Below are positions 24,787-39,800 of a DNA stretch of 64,000 nt, in pieces. Origin of the DNA: Takakia lepidozioides (Eukaryota > Plantae > Bryophyta). Under the pieces are notes generated by a model. The model did no database searches. It had not been told where the DNA came from and saw nothing but the letters and a program-made list of their open reading frames with translations. The DNA lies in contig CM060731.1 in assembly GCA_030704615.1 (NCBI GenBank), positions 20,398,001-20,462,000 on the forward strand, written 5' to 3'. The first letter of the stretch is position 1. Every line of letters starts with the position of its first letter. The position numbers and the translations under genes are program-made.

Positions 24787-27700
24787 CAATACAACAGATG
24801 AGCGTTTTTATGACTGCAAATATGACTATTTTTCAGTCTTATATGCGTTCATGACTACATGACTCTGAAGTGAAAAAAACAGCGTGATAGCGACTAGTCT
24901 TTAGGGCTGCGTTTTGCAAGTCATAGTCGTGACTGCGTGCGTGGCACCTGGAGTCATGCATAGGAGAGTGATGTAGTCACAACTATATGACTTACATATG
25001 ACTAACTATATGACTACATTGTCTGCTAAGCGTTGCCTACATGGACAGGCTTCAGTGGAGCACGTGCACCACTACGCAAACGACACGTCACGCATTCGTG
25101 AGGGGATCATATGACTATATGTCTGCAGAGCGATGCCCTTATGGAGAGGCGCCGGATGGACACGTGCGCCATTTCGAATTTGACACATCATTTTTGAATT
25201 TTTTTTTAATAATGTTTTTAATTTAAATAAGTCAAATTACAAAATTATAAAATTTAGATTATTAATTGATTTCAATTCTTCATTATGTTTTTGGGAAAAT
25301 ATAATGGAAGGCCAACAGAATCTGTAAATCATATTACAAAATTCCAAATTAGACAGGCATCCCCGGGATGCCTCAAAGCCTAATGCAGAGCAAAAATTAA
25401 GCAAACCGACACAAGGGTAGAAGTTTTTTAGTACTACTACAGTTCTGGTACTACTAGAAGGAAGGACTTTATTTGCAACTATCGAGTGCAATACTCCTTA
25501 CAACTGCATTTGGCCAACAACTTCGAAACAAACTTGGTGGCAGTGTGGCAGCCACCACACACCCGAAGATTCTTCACGAGATGGAGAGACATCCCTGCAT
25601 GGGTCGTGCTCATCAACCCAAAACCTCGATTGTCCCACCATTGACCGGGGTCAGAAAAGTGCCACAGCTTCTCCTCGTCTCTGTTACCTGTTTCTGGATA
25701 CTTTCCTGTTGTCACATTGGCAGTTTCATGTCAAATTCACTCCAAACTATCAAAGGTTTACTCAACCAGCTAACTTGCAGAATTCAACTTGAAAATTGAG
25801 GGCCGATTCTGATAAGAGGGAAAAACATGGTGAAATGTGTTGAAGAAGGTACCTTGATTAACAGTGCCTAATTTGATCAATTGTGTCGCTGCTGCTGCGG
25901 CTTCCAGTTGACCATCTATCCATGCAAGTTTCTTGTACCTATCATTCACAGGGAATCATAGGTAATCTGGAGCATGAAATTCGGCCCTCTTGGATGAATC
26001 TGGACCCGCACTCTATCCCTGCTCCTTCAGCTATCCATGCCTCTGCACAAATCATGCATACATTCTCACCTTGCTGCTAGCAGCTGACAATGACAACCTA
26101 GAATTGTTCCAGCAAACACCCCAACCCTACTTATCACACTAGTTCCTATGCTCAATTGCATCTGCTACCTCTATAATCCAATAGGCGTTCACCTTCTTGC
26201 CTCGATTGTCCCACCATTGACTGGGTTAGAAAAGTATTCATTCCACAGCTTCTCCTCGTCATTTGCCCCTAGGTCTCCAAAGCCTCCATCCCGCGCCCTT
26301 GCTGTGCATATCCTACAATCATCACACTCCATGACACCACATGTCATTCAGCCCTACTGTCGAATACTCCCTTTGCATCCTCAATGCACCCACATTTGGC
26401 ATACATGTCCACCAGGGCAGTGTTCAGAATGACATCAGGTGTAGTTCCAGATTTGATGCTGTCACCATGGATCTCTTTGCCTTTTTCCAGGGCTGCCAAG
26501 CTTGCACAAGCATTGCAAACGCACACAAACATGATTTGGTTACATTTCACCCCTTCCCCCATCATTTGCTCATAGGTCTCCAAGGCCTCCATCCCGCGCC
26601 CCTCCTGCAAGCATGGCATTACATGACACCATATCTTGTTCAGCCATTTTGTCGAACACTCCCTTTGCATCCTCGATGCACCCACATTTTGCATACATTT
26701 CCACTAGGGTAGTGTTCAGAATGGCATCGGGTACAATCCAGCTGTGAAAATGTCACCGTGCACCTTTTTGCCCTTTTCCAGGGCTACCAGGCTTGCAGAT
26801 GCATTGCAAATGCACACAAAGGTGATGTGGTCAGTGGGCTTCACCCCTTCCCCCATCATTCGATCAGAGGTCTCCAAAGCCTCCATACCATGTCCCTGCT
26901 GTGCATACCCTGCAAGCATCGCGTTCCACTACACCACAAATTGTTCAACCATAGTGTTGAAAACTCCCTTCGCATCCTTAATGCACCCACATTTGGCATA
27001 CATGTCCACCAGGGCAGTATTCAGAATGACATCTGGCACAATTCCAGCTTTGACGATGTCACCATGGACCTCTTTCCCCTTTTCCAGGGCTCCTAGGCTT
27101 GCACACGCATTGCAAACACAAACAAACGTGATGTGGTTGGGCTTCACCCCTTCGCGCATCATTTGCTCATAAGTCTCCAAAGCATTCGTACCACACCCAT
27201 GCTTGGTAAATCCTGCCAACATTATATTCCACGTGATCAAATATCGCTGAGGCATTCTGTTGAACACTTGGTGAGCATCCATGATGCTCCCGCACTTAAC
27301 ATACATGTTGACAAGGGTGTTGAGGAGAAAAACGTTTGGCATGAATCCACTTTGGATAATGTGAGTGTGCACCTGCTTTCCAGCTTCCAGGCCTTTCACC
27401 TTGATGCACTTATGCAAGAGACAGACATATGTTTCTGAATCTGCTGAAATGCCTCCTTGGTTTAAAGTCTGTAGAGCCTCTGTTAGTCTGCCTGCCGCAA
27501 AGCATCTTCACATGCCCAGAAGTGCAGCCAGAAGAGGCATTGTGGACTCCCTCTCTTGATCATCTTCAAGAAGCTGTGGTCATGGTTGAGGTGCCTGGTT
27601 TTATCAACTGTGCCACTGCAGCTGCAGCCTTTAGTTAACCATCTACCCATGCAGGTTTCTTGTAGCTATTGATCCACAAGGAATCACATCTGGTACAATT

Positions 27701-30700
27701 CCAGCTTTGGCGATGCAACCATGCACCTCTTTGCCCTTTTTCCAGGGCTGCTAAGCTTGCACACGCATTTCAAACGCACACAAACCTGATGTGGTCGAGC
27801 TTCACCCTTCCCACATCATTTGCTCATAGGTCTCCAAAGCCTGGACATCGCTTGCCCCTGCTGTGCATACCCTGCAAGCATCGCGTTCCACGACACGACA
27901 TCACATTCAGCCAGAGTGTGGAATACTCCCTTCGCATCCTGAATGCACCCACATTTGGCAAACATGTCAGTTTAGGATGACATCTGGTACAATTCCAGCT
28001 TTGACGATGTTACCATGGACCTCTTTCCCCTTTCCCAGAGCTCCCAGGCTTGCACACGCATTGCAAACACAAACAAATGTGATGTGGTTGGGCTTCACAG
28101 AACCATGGTAAGATGCTTTATTCACTGAAGTGATGTAGATGGCAAAGACAGAATGGACATAAGATCTCACCCCCATACGTTGTTGATTGAGGCCACCTTC
28201 CATGAACCATTGCAAGTAACCATTTACCTCCACCGGCAGAGCTACACCAATGAAAGACAATTTACTTCCAGAATGCCAAAATAGGCATATTTCCAAGGAA
28301 CAAAGCCATCTCTAAATTTCAGGAACTAGGTCCTAAGTCTCAAGTAGCATAGTCGCGAGATCACACCCTTCCACATACCAATGTAACTTGTAAGGTGCTC
28401 CATTTGTGGAGAAAAACAGCTCTAAGCATTGAAAGTTATACGCAAGGTCAAGGCTTACAAGGTTGATCAATCTTATGAGTGCAAGGCTCCCACCCTCCAT
28501 GATCAGATGAGTCCCACAAGTGTTCAAGCACCTTTACATTCTACAACAACAGGAAGGTCAGGGAGTGAGACACTACCTGTAGAGAGAAACCAATCTGGTG
28601 CATAAAAGCCTGAGATGAATGAATGATAAGAAAAGCTAACCATGGATCTAAACACAGTGAAAGTTCTAGAGAGATACCCATAGGTTGGACATCACTGTCG
28701 CTTTTACATGTGCAAAGAGTTGCAAATAACAAGATCAAGTTATGTGGGGTGGCACCATCAGCAAAGATGGACACTTTCAGGCATTTCACGCATTGGTGCA
28801 AAGTTCAAAAAGTTTCATATCACAATATCATCTGAAGGAACTGGTGCAACTTGCAGTTTCTGGCAGCAATCAGATGTTATTTCTTCTTACACACCTACAC
28901 ATGTCAGCTACAATTAGAGCCCAGAAATTTGAGAACCAAGGATGTCTCATCCAAACAGAGATACTTACAGGCCACATCTTGGCACGAGAATCCATAAGAG
29001 CAGCATGCCTAGCTTTTGGAGACTCCCATTCCTGAAAAATCAATCACAAGGGCTCAACCTAGGGAAAAGAGGGAAAAACATGGTGAAATGTGTTGAAGAA
29101 GGTTGCCTTCATCAACAGTGCCTAATTTTATCAATTGTGCCACTGCTGCTGCGGCTTCTAGTTCACCATCTACCCATGCATGTTTCTTGTAGCAATGGAT
29201 CCACAGGGAATCATAGGTAATCTTGTGCTTGAAATCCGGCCCTCTTCCAGCAAACACCCCAACCCTAATGATGAGAGGGCAAAACAGACTGAAATAGGTT
29301 GAAGAAAATGGTGTCCTCACCAATTTAAGGCCGATTCTGATAAGAGAGAAAAACAGGGTGAAATGTGTTGAAGAAGACGCCTTGAGTAGCAGTGCCCGAT
29401 TTTATCAATTGTGTTGCTGTTGCTGCGACTTCTAGTTGACCATCTACCCATGCAGGTTTCTTTTAGCTATCCTTCCACAGGGAGTCATAGGTAATCTGGA
29501 GCTTGAAATCCGGCCCTCTTCGATGAATCTGGACCCATACTCTATCCCTGCTCCTTCAGCTATCCATGCCTCTTCACAAATCATGCATACAATATCCTTG
29601 CCTTGCTACTAGCAGCTGACAACGACAGCCTAGAATTGTTCCAGCAAACAACCCAACCTTACTTATCACACTAATCCCTATGCTGACTTGCATCTGCTTC
29701 CAACAGATATTCACCATGGTGCAGCTGAGCGGGCAGAGATTGAAACGCGGCATGCTAAGACCAAGCTGACTCTCCCAAGAACCTTGTAAACATCAAAAAG
29801 AATACCAAGTCATGATACTAACAGGAGCCAAGAGCCCATATTTGCAAGATGAACAAACTTCTTCACATCGTACATTGACAAAAAAAGCAAACCTTGCGGT
29901 TCTCCCACCATCGTGAAGGATCTTTAAAAAACTCATGCCAGCTCTGCTCCATGCTCCAAGGTAGAAGTTTGGGATCGAAAAATCCGACAACATCAACATG
30001 TTGAGATGGTCCTTTACTGAGGGGTGCTAGTGAACGTTCAACAACATTCATGCAAGTTGTTTTGGGCTCCATTGGGCTCTACACGATGAGGAACAACGAA
30101 CTCCAAACTCTGCTCAAGAAATAACGTAATGTCCTGTAAAAAAATTCATGCCAGCTCTGCTCCGCCAAGCAATCCAGGGCCGAGTCTGATGAGAGGGCAA
30201 AACAGGCTGAAACAGGTCAAAGAAGAATCAGGCTCGCACACGCATTGCATCTACAAACGAACGTGACCAAGTTTGCTTTTACCCCTTGACGCATCATTTG
30301 CTCATAGGTCTCCAATGCCTCCATCCCGCATCCTGCAGTGCATATCCCGCGATCATCGCACTCTAGGACACGACATTTCGTTTAGCTATATTCTCAAACA
30401 CTCCCTTTGTATCCTCAATACTGCCACATTGTCCACTAGGGTATTGTTCAGAATGACATCGGGTACAATTCCAAATTTGACAATGGCACCATGGATCTTT
30501 TACCCTTTCTTAGGGCACGTACACGCATTGCAAACACACACGAACGTGACCCGGTCTGGCTCCACCCCTTCCGACGTATTTGCTCATACGTCTCCGAAGC
30601 CTCTATACCACCTCCACGCTATGCATATCCTCGCTATGACTATCCTCGCCCTTTCCTGCATCATTTGCTCAAGAATAGGTATGCAAAGCCTCCATCCTAC

Positions 30701-31253
30701 GCCCTGCACATCATGCGATCATCGCGTTCCATGCTCTAGGCTCTTTTATACTAATATGGTGTGACGGGAGACCAAAAATAAAAGCCCAAAAGGAGGCCAA
30801 GTCCCAGCCCTCTGTTCACGGCTATCCTAATAGGCAACCCTATAAGCAATTTTTTGAATTTTTTGAATCTTTCGCACTTTGATCATTGATGAATGAACTT
30901 ATCCAATGGATGAATACATTCCTATATGTGCCTTCAAAATGACACGTGTAGTGATAAAGTCGTATAATGAGAGCTGTGAAACCATATTCAGTCATGAAGT
31001 CATACGATTCTAGGAAAATTCATCCACATGTAGTCCTCCATATGACGCGAGTTATATAATCCATCCCTGTAATCGTGGTCAACAATGTTTGACCAATGCT
31101 CCCTACCTTTCCGGAGTCATGTAATGATATCCATTACTACAAAGTGATAAAACTATGATTGCAACGCATTTAGCATTATGTAGTCGTGTACCTAGTGTCG
31201 TTTTTATGACTCCGCAAAAGCCGTAGTCCTAAAAACGCTCATCTTTTGTAATG
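24787..31253. mobile_element. Non-autonomous CACTA-like element (Pack-CACTA) carrying PDF/PPR/DYW gene fragments
   Basis: TIRs CAATACAACAGATGAGCGTTTTTATGACT (24787-24815) and, reverse-complemented, CATTACAAAAGATGAGCGTTTTTAGGACT (31253-31225) match at 26/29. 3-bp TSD GAT at 24784-24786 and 31254-31256. ATGACT/GACTAC subterminal repeats at both ends. No transposase. Confidence 0.85.
25470..30740 (-). pseudogene. Scrambled, frameshifted fragments of PDF-PPR-DYW gene(s)
   Basis: DYW piece 25470-25625; PDF modules 25625-26260 and 29050-30230; PPR pieces 26260-28100 and 30230-30740. About 27000-27680 is nearly identical to ~14620-15310. Confidence 0.9.
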
Positions 31254-33858
31254 GATGTGTTTTGTATTTATTTGGAATGGTAATGCATGGCATGGTTAGC
31301 TAGGATATAACATGAATGCTAGCCAACATAGTAAGATGAGATAAGTTGGATGAATCGTGTATTTGCGTACTGCCGAAATCGGGTGACTCCCAATTAGGGG
31401 CAAAGCAAACTTGCGTCTTGATTAGGAGTTCACATGCTAGTATGTACATGACGCATACACGTATTACAATTGCGCTAATCGAGGGGGTTGCCCTGTAGTG
31501 TGGGCTAACGCGGGGGCTACATGCTTGCGTTTACGTACTATCATCCTGCAGCATCGGGACAAAGTCTTAGTGTGACTTTGACGTGTTCTCGTACCTCAAG
31601 CCAACATCTCAAGGCGGGGCCAATTGTAGTGATTGGGACACATGACGAGTTCAAGGTTATTGTCATAGTCAAAGGGATTTGAGGCAACCCTTGCCCAAGA
31701 TGACGCCAAAAAACAATGTCACGAATAGTCGTAAGTAATAGCTGTTGCAGTAAGGTGCTTCAATCCTTAAAGAGGATTGTATCTTAGCTGAAGAAGGCCG
31801 AAAATAGTACACTGGGTGGAGATTGAGAAGATGGGGGCAACGTGGAGGCAATGGTAGTAGTGAGAGCGTTCACTAAGTGGAGCCCCACAATCGGACTGCG
31901 GTGGGGGCTCCGAGTAGGGTGGTCGTAGTGTAGACAACCAAATTGTAGCCCAGTGCTAAATGGACACATACCACCTCGGAAGTGGTTGTGGGTTCAACCG
32001 ATTGGTGTGACAAATGTGTCTTCCTTCCTAACGAAAGGCAGTAACCCTTCGGGGTAAAGAGACTCTATAATTTACGCTTCCTTCGGGAGGCGTCAAATAT
32101 TATAGTCGTAGCATAGGGAGTTGTAGTGGGGAAGGCATACACCGTGGGGTTGAGGCCTGTGGTGGGAGTCATGGGGAGTCTTGGGACTCATCGCGGCGAT
32201 TTATCACATGGAGTCGAGGTTTCAGGTGATGGTTCACCAAGAAGGACTTGGGTTGCTTGTGAGACCCCCGCTGACACCTACAAAAGTATATAATGAGTAC
32301 TAAACCTATGACGATGCAAGCCGTTAAACAATCAAAGCTAGTTGAACAAGTAGCAGCGAGTCGGAAAGTGACCAAGTATAGAAAGCTGTTCCGGACCGCC
32401 TACAATATAGGGAATTTTCTTTTAGCCCCCATAGTCGAAGGGTGCGTGGAAGAGCAAAAAAGGGACCGTTATGCCCTGGTGAGTAGCCAAAGCTCCAAGT
32501 TGGTCACGTGGCCAATTTGGGGATTAGGCATGTGCATCAAAGCAAGTAACTATGACTTGAAGGGGTGTTTATCAAAGTGAGGTGCGCGACATGATCAAAC
32601 ATATTATTAGATGTAGTTATGAAACTTTTACTCTGTCTTGCATCTATGACAGAAAAAGAATTCAACCAATAAGAAGGGGGGAAAAAATCTAATCCCATCA
32701 TGTACTATGTTTCGGTAGATAACTAAATTAGAAAGCCATTTTTATGGAGAAGATACATACACAACAAAATAACCATGTGAGATAATTAATGGCGTTTGCA
32801 CAGGCTGACCCCGTGGTGATTTGATGAAATCCCTTTATAAACCATTCATATTTATAATAATAGGGATATATTCATGCATTTATTATTTATTTTGACAAAG
32901 GTCCTTAGTAAAAAGAAAGAAAAAAGAGGTTACGAATATGTGGATTTTTTTTTTGAAAGAGAAAACGTGGAATCTTATAGAATATTAACTTAAAACATGC
33001 ACATGTTTTTCTTAAAGATCTTAACCAAGCGGGTACCGACAGGTATATTTAATCAACGTCCTCTAACTAAATTACATTTAAATTTTTTTTTACAGAACAG
33101 GGGCCCTGATACCTTTATTTACAGTTATTTGAAGGGAAAAGAAAAATTACAATGAGAGTTGTACAGCAGATAATTTATGATGTTTACTGCAGTAGTTGTG
33201 GTGGTGCGTGACCACCGGTAATTACTAATTACTTGATTGACCAGCTGTCATCCGGGGATGGAGAAATGTGGCAACAGGATGGAGACATCCATAACCCTCA
33301 CATATCCCCAGGGTTTCTATAGGGGAATTCAATATCCCTGGGCACTCCACAATTTGAACTCCACGGTTGCCATGGCATCATGCCCATGGCCACACATGTA
33401 TGCGCATGGAGGGATATTTACGCAAGGATCGGGATGTGTGCATGCATGATGGGTGGGAGAGTGGGTGGATGGGCATGGCGGTGAAGCAGGGAGAGGATAG
33501 ACGACGGGCCCCGGCATGGTGGTTAGGGAAGGGAGGAGCGAGAGAGACGACCGAATCCGGCCAGCAACTGCGTAACGTGCATTCTGTGGCTAAAGGGAGC
33601 CTTGCTCTGCGCTCATCCTCCCACATTATGGAGCCTCGTTGCTGTGCGTTTTTCAGGTTTTCAAGTGCGCCTTATGGGAAACGGCACCCTCTGTGTCACC
33701 GGAGTTTGTTTGATCTTCAATTCTGTGACAAGGCTGTGGTTAATAGATCGGCGTCTGCGTTCTGCTAGTAGAAGGGAAGTCTGGTTTTGGAATCTTAGGT
33801 TTAGGTAAACTGTCACTGGCAAAGTGAGGCGTATTGTTGCCGATGTGACCCCGGGGCT

Positions 33859-36800
33859 ATGGGGCGGAAGAAAGGCAGTGGAGCAGGGAAGGCAGCGAAG
33901 GCGGGGGGGACAGCTACAGTCACAGGGTTGGCAGCCGAAGCATCAACGCGTGTCTGGAACTTGGGAGACCTAGTGTTGGCCAAGGTGAAGGGCTGGCCTC
34001 CTTGGCCTGCGCAGGTATGTCGTCCGTACAATTTGTAAAGCATTTAATGTGATTCCGGGTTGTGTGTTTTTGGCTAGTTTTTCTGCAGAATTCTTCTTAG
34101 ATTATTTTTAGTTCGTGGCACATTTCAAGATTTTATCATAGGATCGCTTTACCAAGTTAGAGCGCTCATTTATTTTGTTCATGGTTCTCATGTGTAGTTC
34201 GCCTGACATCGTGGAGTCGCCGCCTGTCCGAGTCCATTATGAGCAATTCCTTGGTGATCGTAGGCATTAGGTTATGGAGTCTTGGATCCTCCATGAAGTG
34301 GCACGTTTTTCGATTTAAAAAACCCCGTACCTGCTTTTCTGCATGGTGGTCGAGGAAACCGCCATGTGCTAGCATCTTTTCAGATGCTGGTCCTGCCATT
34401 AATTTCGATTGAACACAGAGCCACACATGCTGTTCGTTATCCAAATTTCTTACAGACTGAAGACGGGGTTTCCCTTTCCTGTTTCTGGACTAGTGCATTA
34501 TCAGTTACTGATGTGTGTTCTGAATTCTCCTACTTCAGGAGGACGAAACTGTAGTTTCTGGAAGGTTTATCTTTCTGTACCTGTTTGCCCTAGTTGCTGG
34601 TATTCCTGAAAAGGAACCATTTGTTTCCTACCTTCTCCCAGATGCTTCTGATCCCCAGATGCGGTGTAGTCTTTACTTATTACAAAATCTCCTCATCAAG
34701 CTGTTGTATTTCGCAGTTTGCATGACCTTTACCAACTGCTGGTTCACATCGAAAGGTTTTCATTTGTGGGTCTGTGAGAAGTTGTTTTGTGCTTCTATGT
34801 TTGCAGATTGCCAGACCAGATGAGCGCGCAAAGAATAACGCAAAAAATAGCACTGCAGGCAAATATTTTGTCACATATTTTGGCCCAGGAAAGCAAATGT
34901 GAGTATTTGGTGTCTCGTTCTGTTATTTAAGTGGTGCTCTTTCATGTCCAGTGAGCTAAGTTGTTTGCTAAAATGCCGCCTTGTGTTCTGTGGGTAGGAC
35001 TTTCTCTCTACGTTGCCATACAGGCGCACAGGTTCAGAAGTGATATCTGACATTTTGTTGCAATTGCAGTGGCTTCTGCGCTCAAAATGAGATTCTTGAG
35101 TTTGACTTGGAGCAGAGGGCGAATTGTGTCAGCAGGACACAAAAGAAGGGTGCTGCTGCAAAGTTCATTGCTGCAGTGAATGAAATATGTGACCTGCAAG
35201 ATCAACGAACAGGTGCTGCGTTTTCAAGAAGTCCGTTGGAACAAGATGATGGGGTCATTGTTGAGGATGGAGGTTCGCTCCTTCATAATGGTTTTGGAGT
35301 CCAAGAAGACGATGAAGTGGAGAAAGAAGCTGAAGGGCGTGAAGCCAAGAAAGTTGACTCCCTGACTCAAGTTGTTACTTTAAACCAGCAGGATGAGGTG
35401 ATACCTTTAAGTGAAGGCAACCTAGAGGATGAAGTTGGTGAGGAGGATGGTGAGAAAGAGTGGCATGAAGGCAGAGATTATAATGGTGATGGCGAAACCA
35501 TTGATAGGGATTTTGATGGTAAAGCCAAAGATGGAATTGATAGCAAACAGAAGGAAGGGGTTGATGCGGTAGGGCACAAGCTAGTGACACAGGATCATAA
35601 ACCAGCAAAGAGTATGTCCGTTCCGGAAGATTCAGATTTACTAGGGGGTGGAAAGCGGAGGGCTGCCTTTGGTGATGCCCTCAGGAAAATAAACCGAACT
35701 TCTGAGAAGAACCAAGTGTTCCGCGCTGAGGTACGAAATAGGAAGGAAGGTAAAGTTGCTGCTGCAACTGAACATGGGAGAAGGAAGAAGAAAAAGGCAG
35801 GTGATCGTAAGGTTGACAGAAATCATGTGCAGGGCATGCATGCACCTGACAATGGCTCACTGTCAACTTCTGCACTTGACTGCTCAGCAAGTTTGGATGC
35901 TGAAGCAAGTGGCCTTCAGAAGGAAAGAGGAGGGAAAGATAGAGCTGGCATACCGGCAAAAGTTAATCGGCAATCATCCTTGGTTGTGGAGACCAAGTCA
36001 GGGGTTTCAACAGCAAAAAACGTTTTTAGGAGAAGCGATGGAGGAAGAGATGGGGATCTGGACAACAGTGTGCACGTCGAAGAGTTACGGGAAGCCAATG
36101 TGAAAGATCCTGCAGCTGCTGTTGATGAGGTTGGGGCAGTTCGGTTTTCCTCAGACAATGGCCACAAAAGTGGTGTGTATCTGAAGAAGAAGCACAAGCT
36201 TAGTGTTAAGCACAAGGCAGTTGAGGGAGGTGCATCCAGACTGCAAGAAAACAAGACTGGCAAAGGAGCTGTCCTTGAGGGCCGTGTAGAGAAGAAGGGG
36301 AAGAAAAAGGATGGTTTGCAGATGCCAAGCAAAATTAAGCAGGTCTGTTGGTTGGCATGGTTTGTTTTGTCTTTGCTGTCTCTCCACTATTCTGATCGTT
36401 CTTGCATTATCATCCTCACATGGTGTATTTGACAGATTCTCCTTCGTCTGGCAGGAAGATAAAACTGGAGTGTCACTGAAGAAAGGTGAGGAGCATGGGA
36501 AACCTCGTCTGGTTGTATATGATAGGAAGCGTCATACTCTTTCGGGGTCTTCTGCTGTTAAGAAGGCTAGTAGTGACCCAAGAGGGGAGAACTCTATGAA
36601 ACGACAAAGGCCAGCCGATGGTGAAGTCGGAATTAAGGAGTCGGGTCCGAAAGGGAAAGATTTACTATCGAGTGCCATTGGTAAAACCGTTAGAGGGGAC
36701 AAGCCTAGTTCTGGTGTAAAATCTAGGGTTGATGTAGATGAGCATCTACCCTTGTCCAAGAGGGCTAGGGTTCGTGATGACAGGGAAGTATTCAGACCCT

Positions 36801-39800
36801 CGCTTAGACATGGCAAGATGCTGTCTGCAGAAGACTGCCTGGTGGAGGAGAAACAGAAACATGTGTCTGGCATCCATGCTAGCTTGGAAGGTGTCAGCAC
36901 AGGAAAGGATTCAGGAAGTTTGGGGCGAGACTCCAAGCCTAGAGGCGTGGCAGAGAGGGGGGCCAGTTTACCACCCAAAGCTGATAAATATCGAATGAGA
37001 GAAGTGTGTGAGGATGCCCTACCCCCTACTAAGCGCAGGCAACGTGCGTTTGAAGCCATGAGTGCTTGTGAAGCAGAAGCCGCCACGATAAATGCACTTC
37101 AACCAGGTGAGAGTAAGGGGGAGCAGTCAGGAAATTTAGCTGCCCCTGTAGATGGTGGATCTGGAGGTCCTGTTTCTGGGGCCACTTCTGAGGCTCCCAG
37201 GACAGAGAGTCAATCACTGGCTAAGCCAGCAACTTCTGGTCCTCATGGCGCGAGTATTTGCAGCATGTCGAGAAGTGCTATGTTCACTTCCGACCTCTTA
37301 GAATCTACTGATCCAGGTAGGCTGCGTCACACAGAGAGTAGTGCGGCTGACCCTGGGATACCAGAAAGGCCTGATAGTATCAAAGAGACTGGAGCACAGT
37401 CTTATTCTCCCACTAAAGTAGGAGGGGATCTCAGAAAGGTGTCAACTCCCAAGACTGAAGTAAGGCCAAAGACTTCCAAAGCAAAAGCCAGCAGTGTTGC
37501 AGAGCCTGCCAGTAGTCCAGTCCAGCAAGGGAACACAGACGTTGCAGGGGTTGTTCTACGAGATATGGGGAGCCCAATTCTCCCTGTCAAAGCAAGTGCT
37601 GATGGAGGCATTGAGAGAGGGAAGGTCGTTTTGAATACTGTTTCAAGTGGGAATGTGAACGGATCAATCATGTCAGGTGGTCTGGACAGTGTTTCTTCAA
37701 GTCTAGCAAGGCCTCCTTTGGAAGACTCCAGCATCAAGAATGCGTGAGTATCTGAAAGTCTGCTGAAGCTGTCAAACTCTTATTCATGCAACTGTTATGG
37801 GTGGCGTATCAGAAAATTGACATAACTTAGTAGTGTAGCCCCTTAATAGTGTTGGACTTTATCCAGTTCAGTTGCGCATGGTGTGTGCTCTGATGCATGC
37901 TTGACCTAGCAACCCTTTCAACAGCTGTTGGTGACTGTAGGCTCAATTGGCTGTGTTCTCTGTCTTCATGATGTGTGTACTCATCCTTGCATGACAACGA
38001 GCTTTTTTTAACATGTTGCTACAGGAGTCTGAGCACCATTCGCTGTGTTATTTGGCAACAGGGTTGCACTTGCTAATGAAAAGAGGAATGCATTAAAGAG
38101 AGAGGGGGACAACTCTGCATCGATGAAAGTCCTCATTGCAGCAGCCCAAGCGAAGCAACGGGCTCGTCAGGTTTCCACGGGTGGATCAATGACTCTAGAC
38201 CTAGAAAAGCTAACAAGCAGCTTTGCATCAAGCCCTTCTCCTTTGCATATTATGGGGGTCTCAAGGCGAACATCACCGGTTCAGCATGGGCAAGTGGGTG
38301 TTGTTGTGCCCCAGGATCTGCTCAAGAGACCTGGTCCTTACTCAGAGGGTTTTGGCTCAGAAGCACCATCAAAGACTCGACATTCTGGATGGAATAATAG
38401 TGTGGACGAGAGGACCGTGTCTGGCCAGCCCACCAGTTTAAAAGAGGTGGGTGTCGAGACGGAGGCAATGGTTGCTCGGGATGCCTTTGTTGGGATGCTG
38501 GAGACAATTTCTCGTACCAAAGATAGCATTGGGCGCGCAACACGACACGCGATGGATTGTGCAAAGCATGGGATTGCAGATCAGGTGAAGAACCCTGTTG
38601 TGTCTTGCCTGTTTGGCCCTTTCAAGTTGGGTAGTACGTAAGCCCTTTGTGTCCTTCTTGTTTTGTTCTTTGAAGTTGGACAACACGGAACTGAAGTAGG
38701 AAACATGGTGTGTTATACTCACATGGAGGTTTCTAGTGTCAGATCTGGTATACCTCTCCCAGTGGCACAGAAGGGTAAAGAAGTTCCTGGGCCTGGGCAG
38801 TTTGTAACCTGGGTAGTATGAAGTAGTGACATTCTTGTTCTTATGAAATTCAGAAAACCTGCAAACAATGTGACAATTAGAATAACCAGATGTCTCATGT
38901 CAGGAAACCAAACATGCAATGGCGTCTGGTTTGTATGAAGCATGGAAGGCTTGCTCAGGACTGCTAGGGTTGATATACCAATGATAAGGTGAGGTTAAGA
39001 TCTTAGCGTTTGTTTCTCCAGGTGGTTGAAGTGATTGTGCGCAAGCTGGAGAATGAGCCAAGCTTCCATCGGCGAGTGGACTTTTGGTTTCTTTTGGATT
39101 CCATCACTCAGTGTGCACATGCTAGTAAAGGTGCGTTTTGCCCTAAAATGACAGCCCAATTTGTTTGGAAGCTCCAACCAGGAGTCATGCATTTCAGGTC
39201 GAGTTCCAAGTTCCCAGGGCCTTTTGGTTAACCTGCCTTGCTGTCCTTGTGAAAAGCACTAGATTCTTTATGTTTTATTCTATATTTACTTTTTATTCTC
39301 TTGGGAAGAGAATGTACCATGAACATCCAAGGCCTGAGAAACAAATGGAACCAACAAAGGACCAAAGTTGATTCATTTACCTCCTAAGCTGATGCACAGA
39401 AGACAGATGGCAGATGGAAAACTTACTACTTCACATTGGACACAACTGCAGTGTTACAGCAGTTTGAAGGGCAGCAAGCACGCTTGAATTGTCCTCCTGG
39501 ATTTGAGCTAGTGAGCCCCCTGTATGCTAATGGGGTCCTTCCAGCCCTGTAAAAGATTCTGTGAGCCAAGAGTTCTTGCTATATATGTGAGATCTAGTAG
39601 GTTGGGATAAAACCTCATAGCTGAAGTTGCTGCAAGCCCCTGGCTGTCAAGGGTTCTGTACGGGGCAAGTCTGGGTTGATCAATCAACATTGTTGCCAAC
39701 AAAGGCCTCGTTCCCAGGAGGTTTGCCCTGGGGGAACACGCAAGAGTGGAGAAGCTCTTAATGTTTTTGGTTACTGCACTTATGAATGATGTTCTGACTT

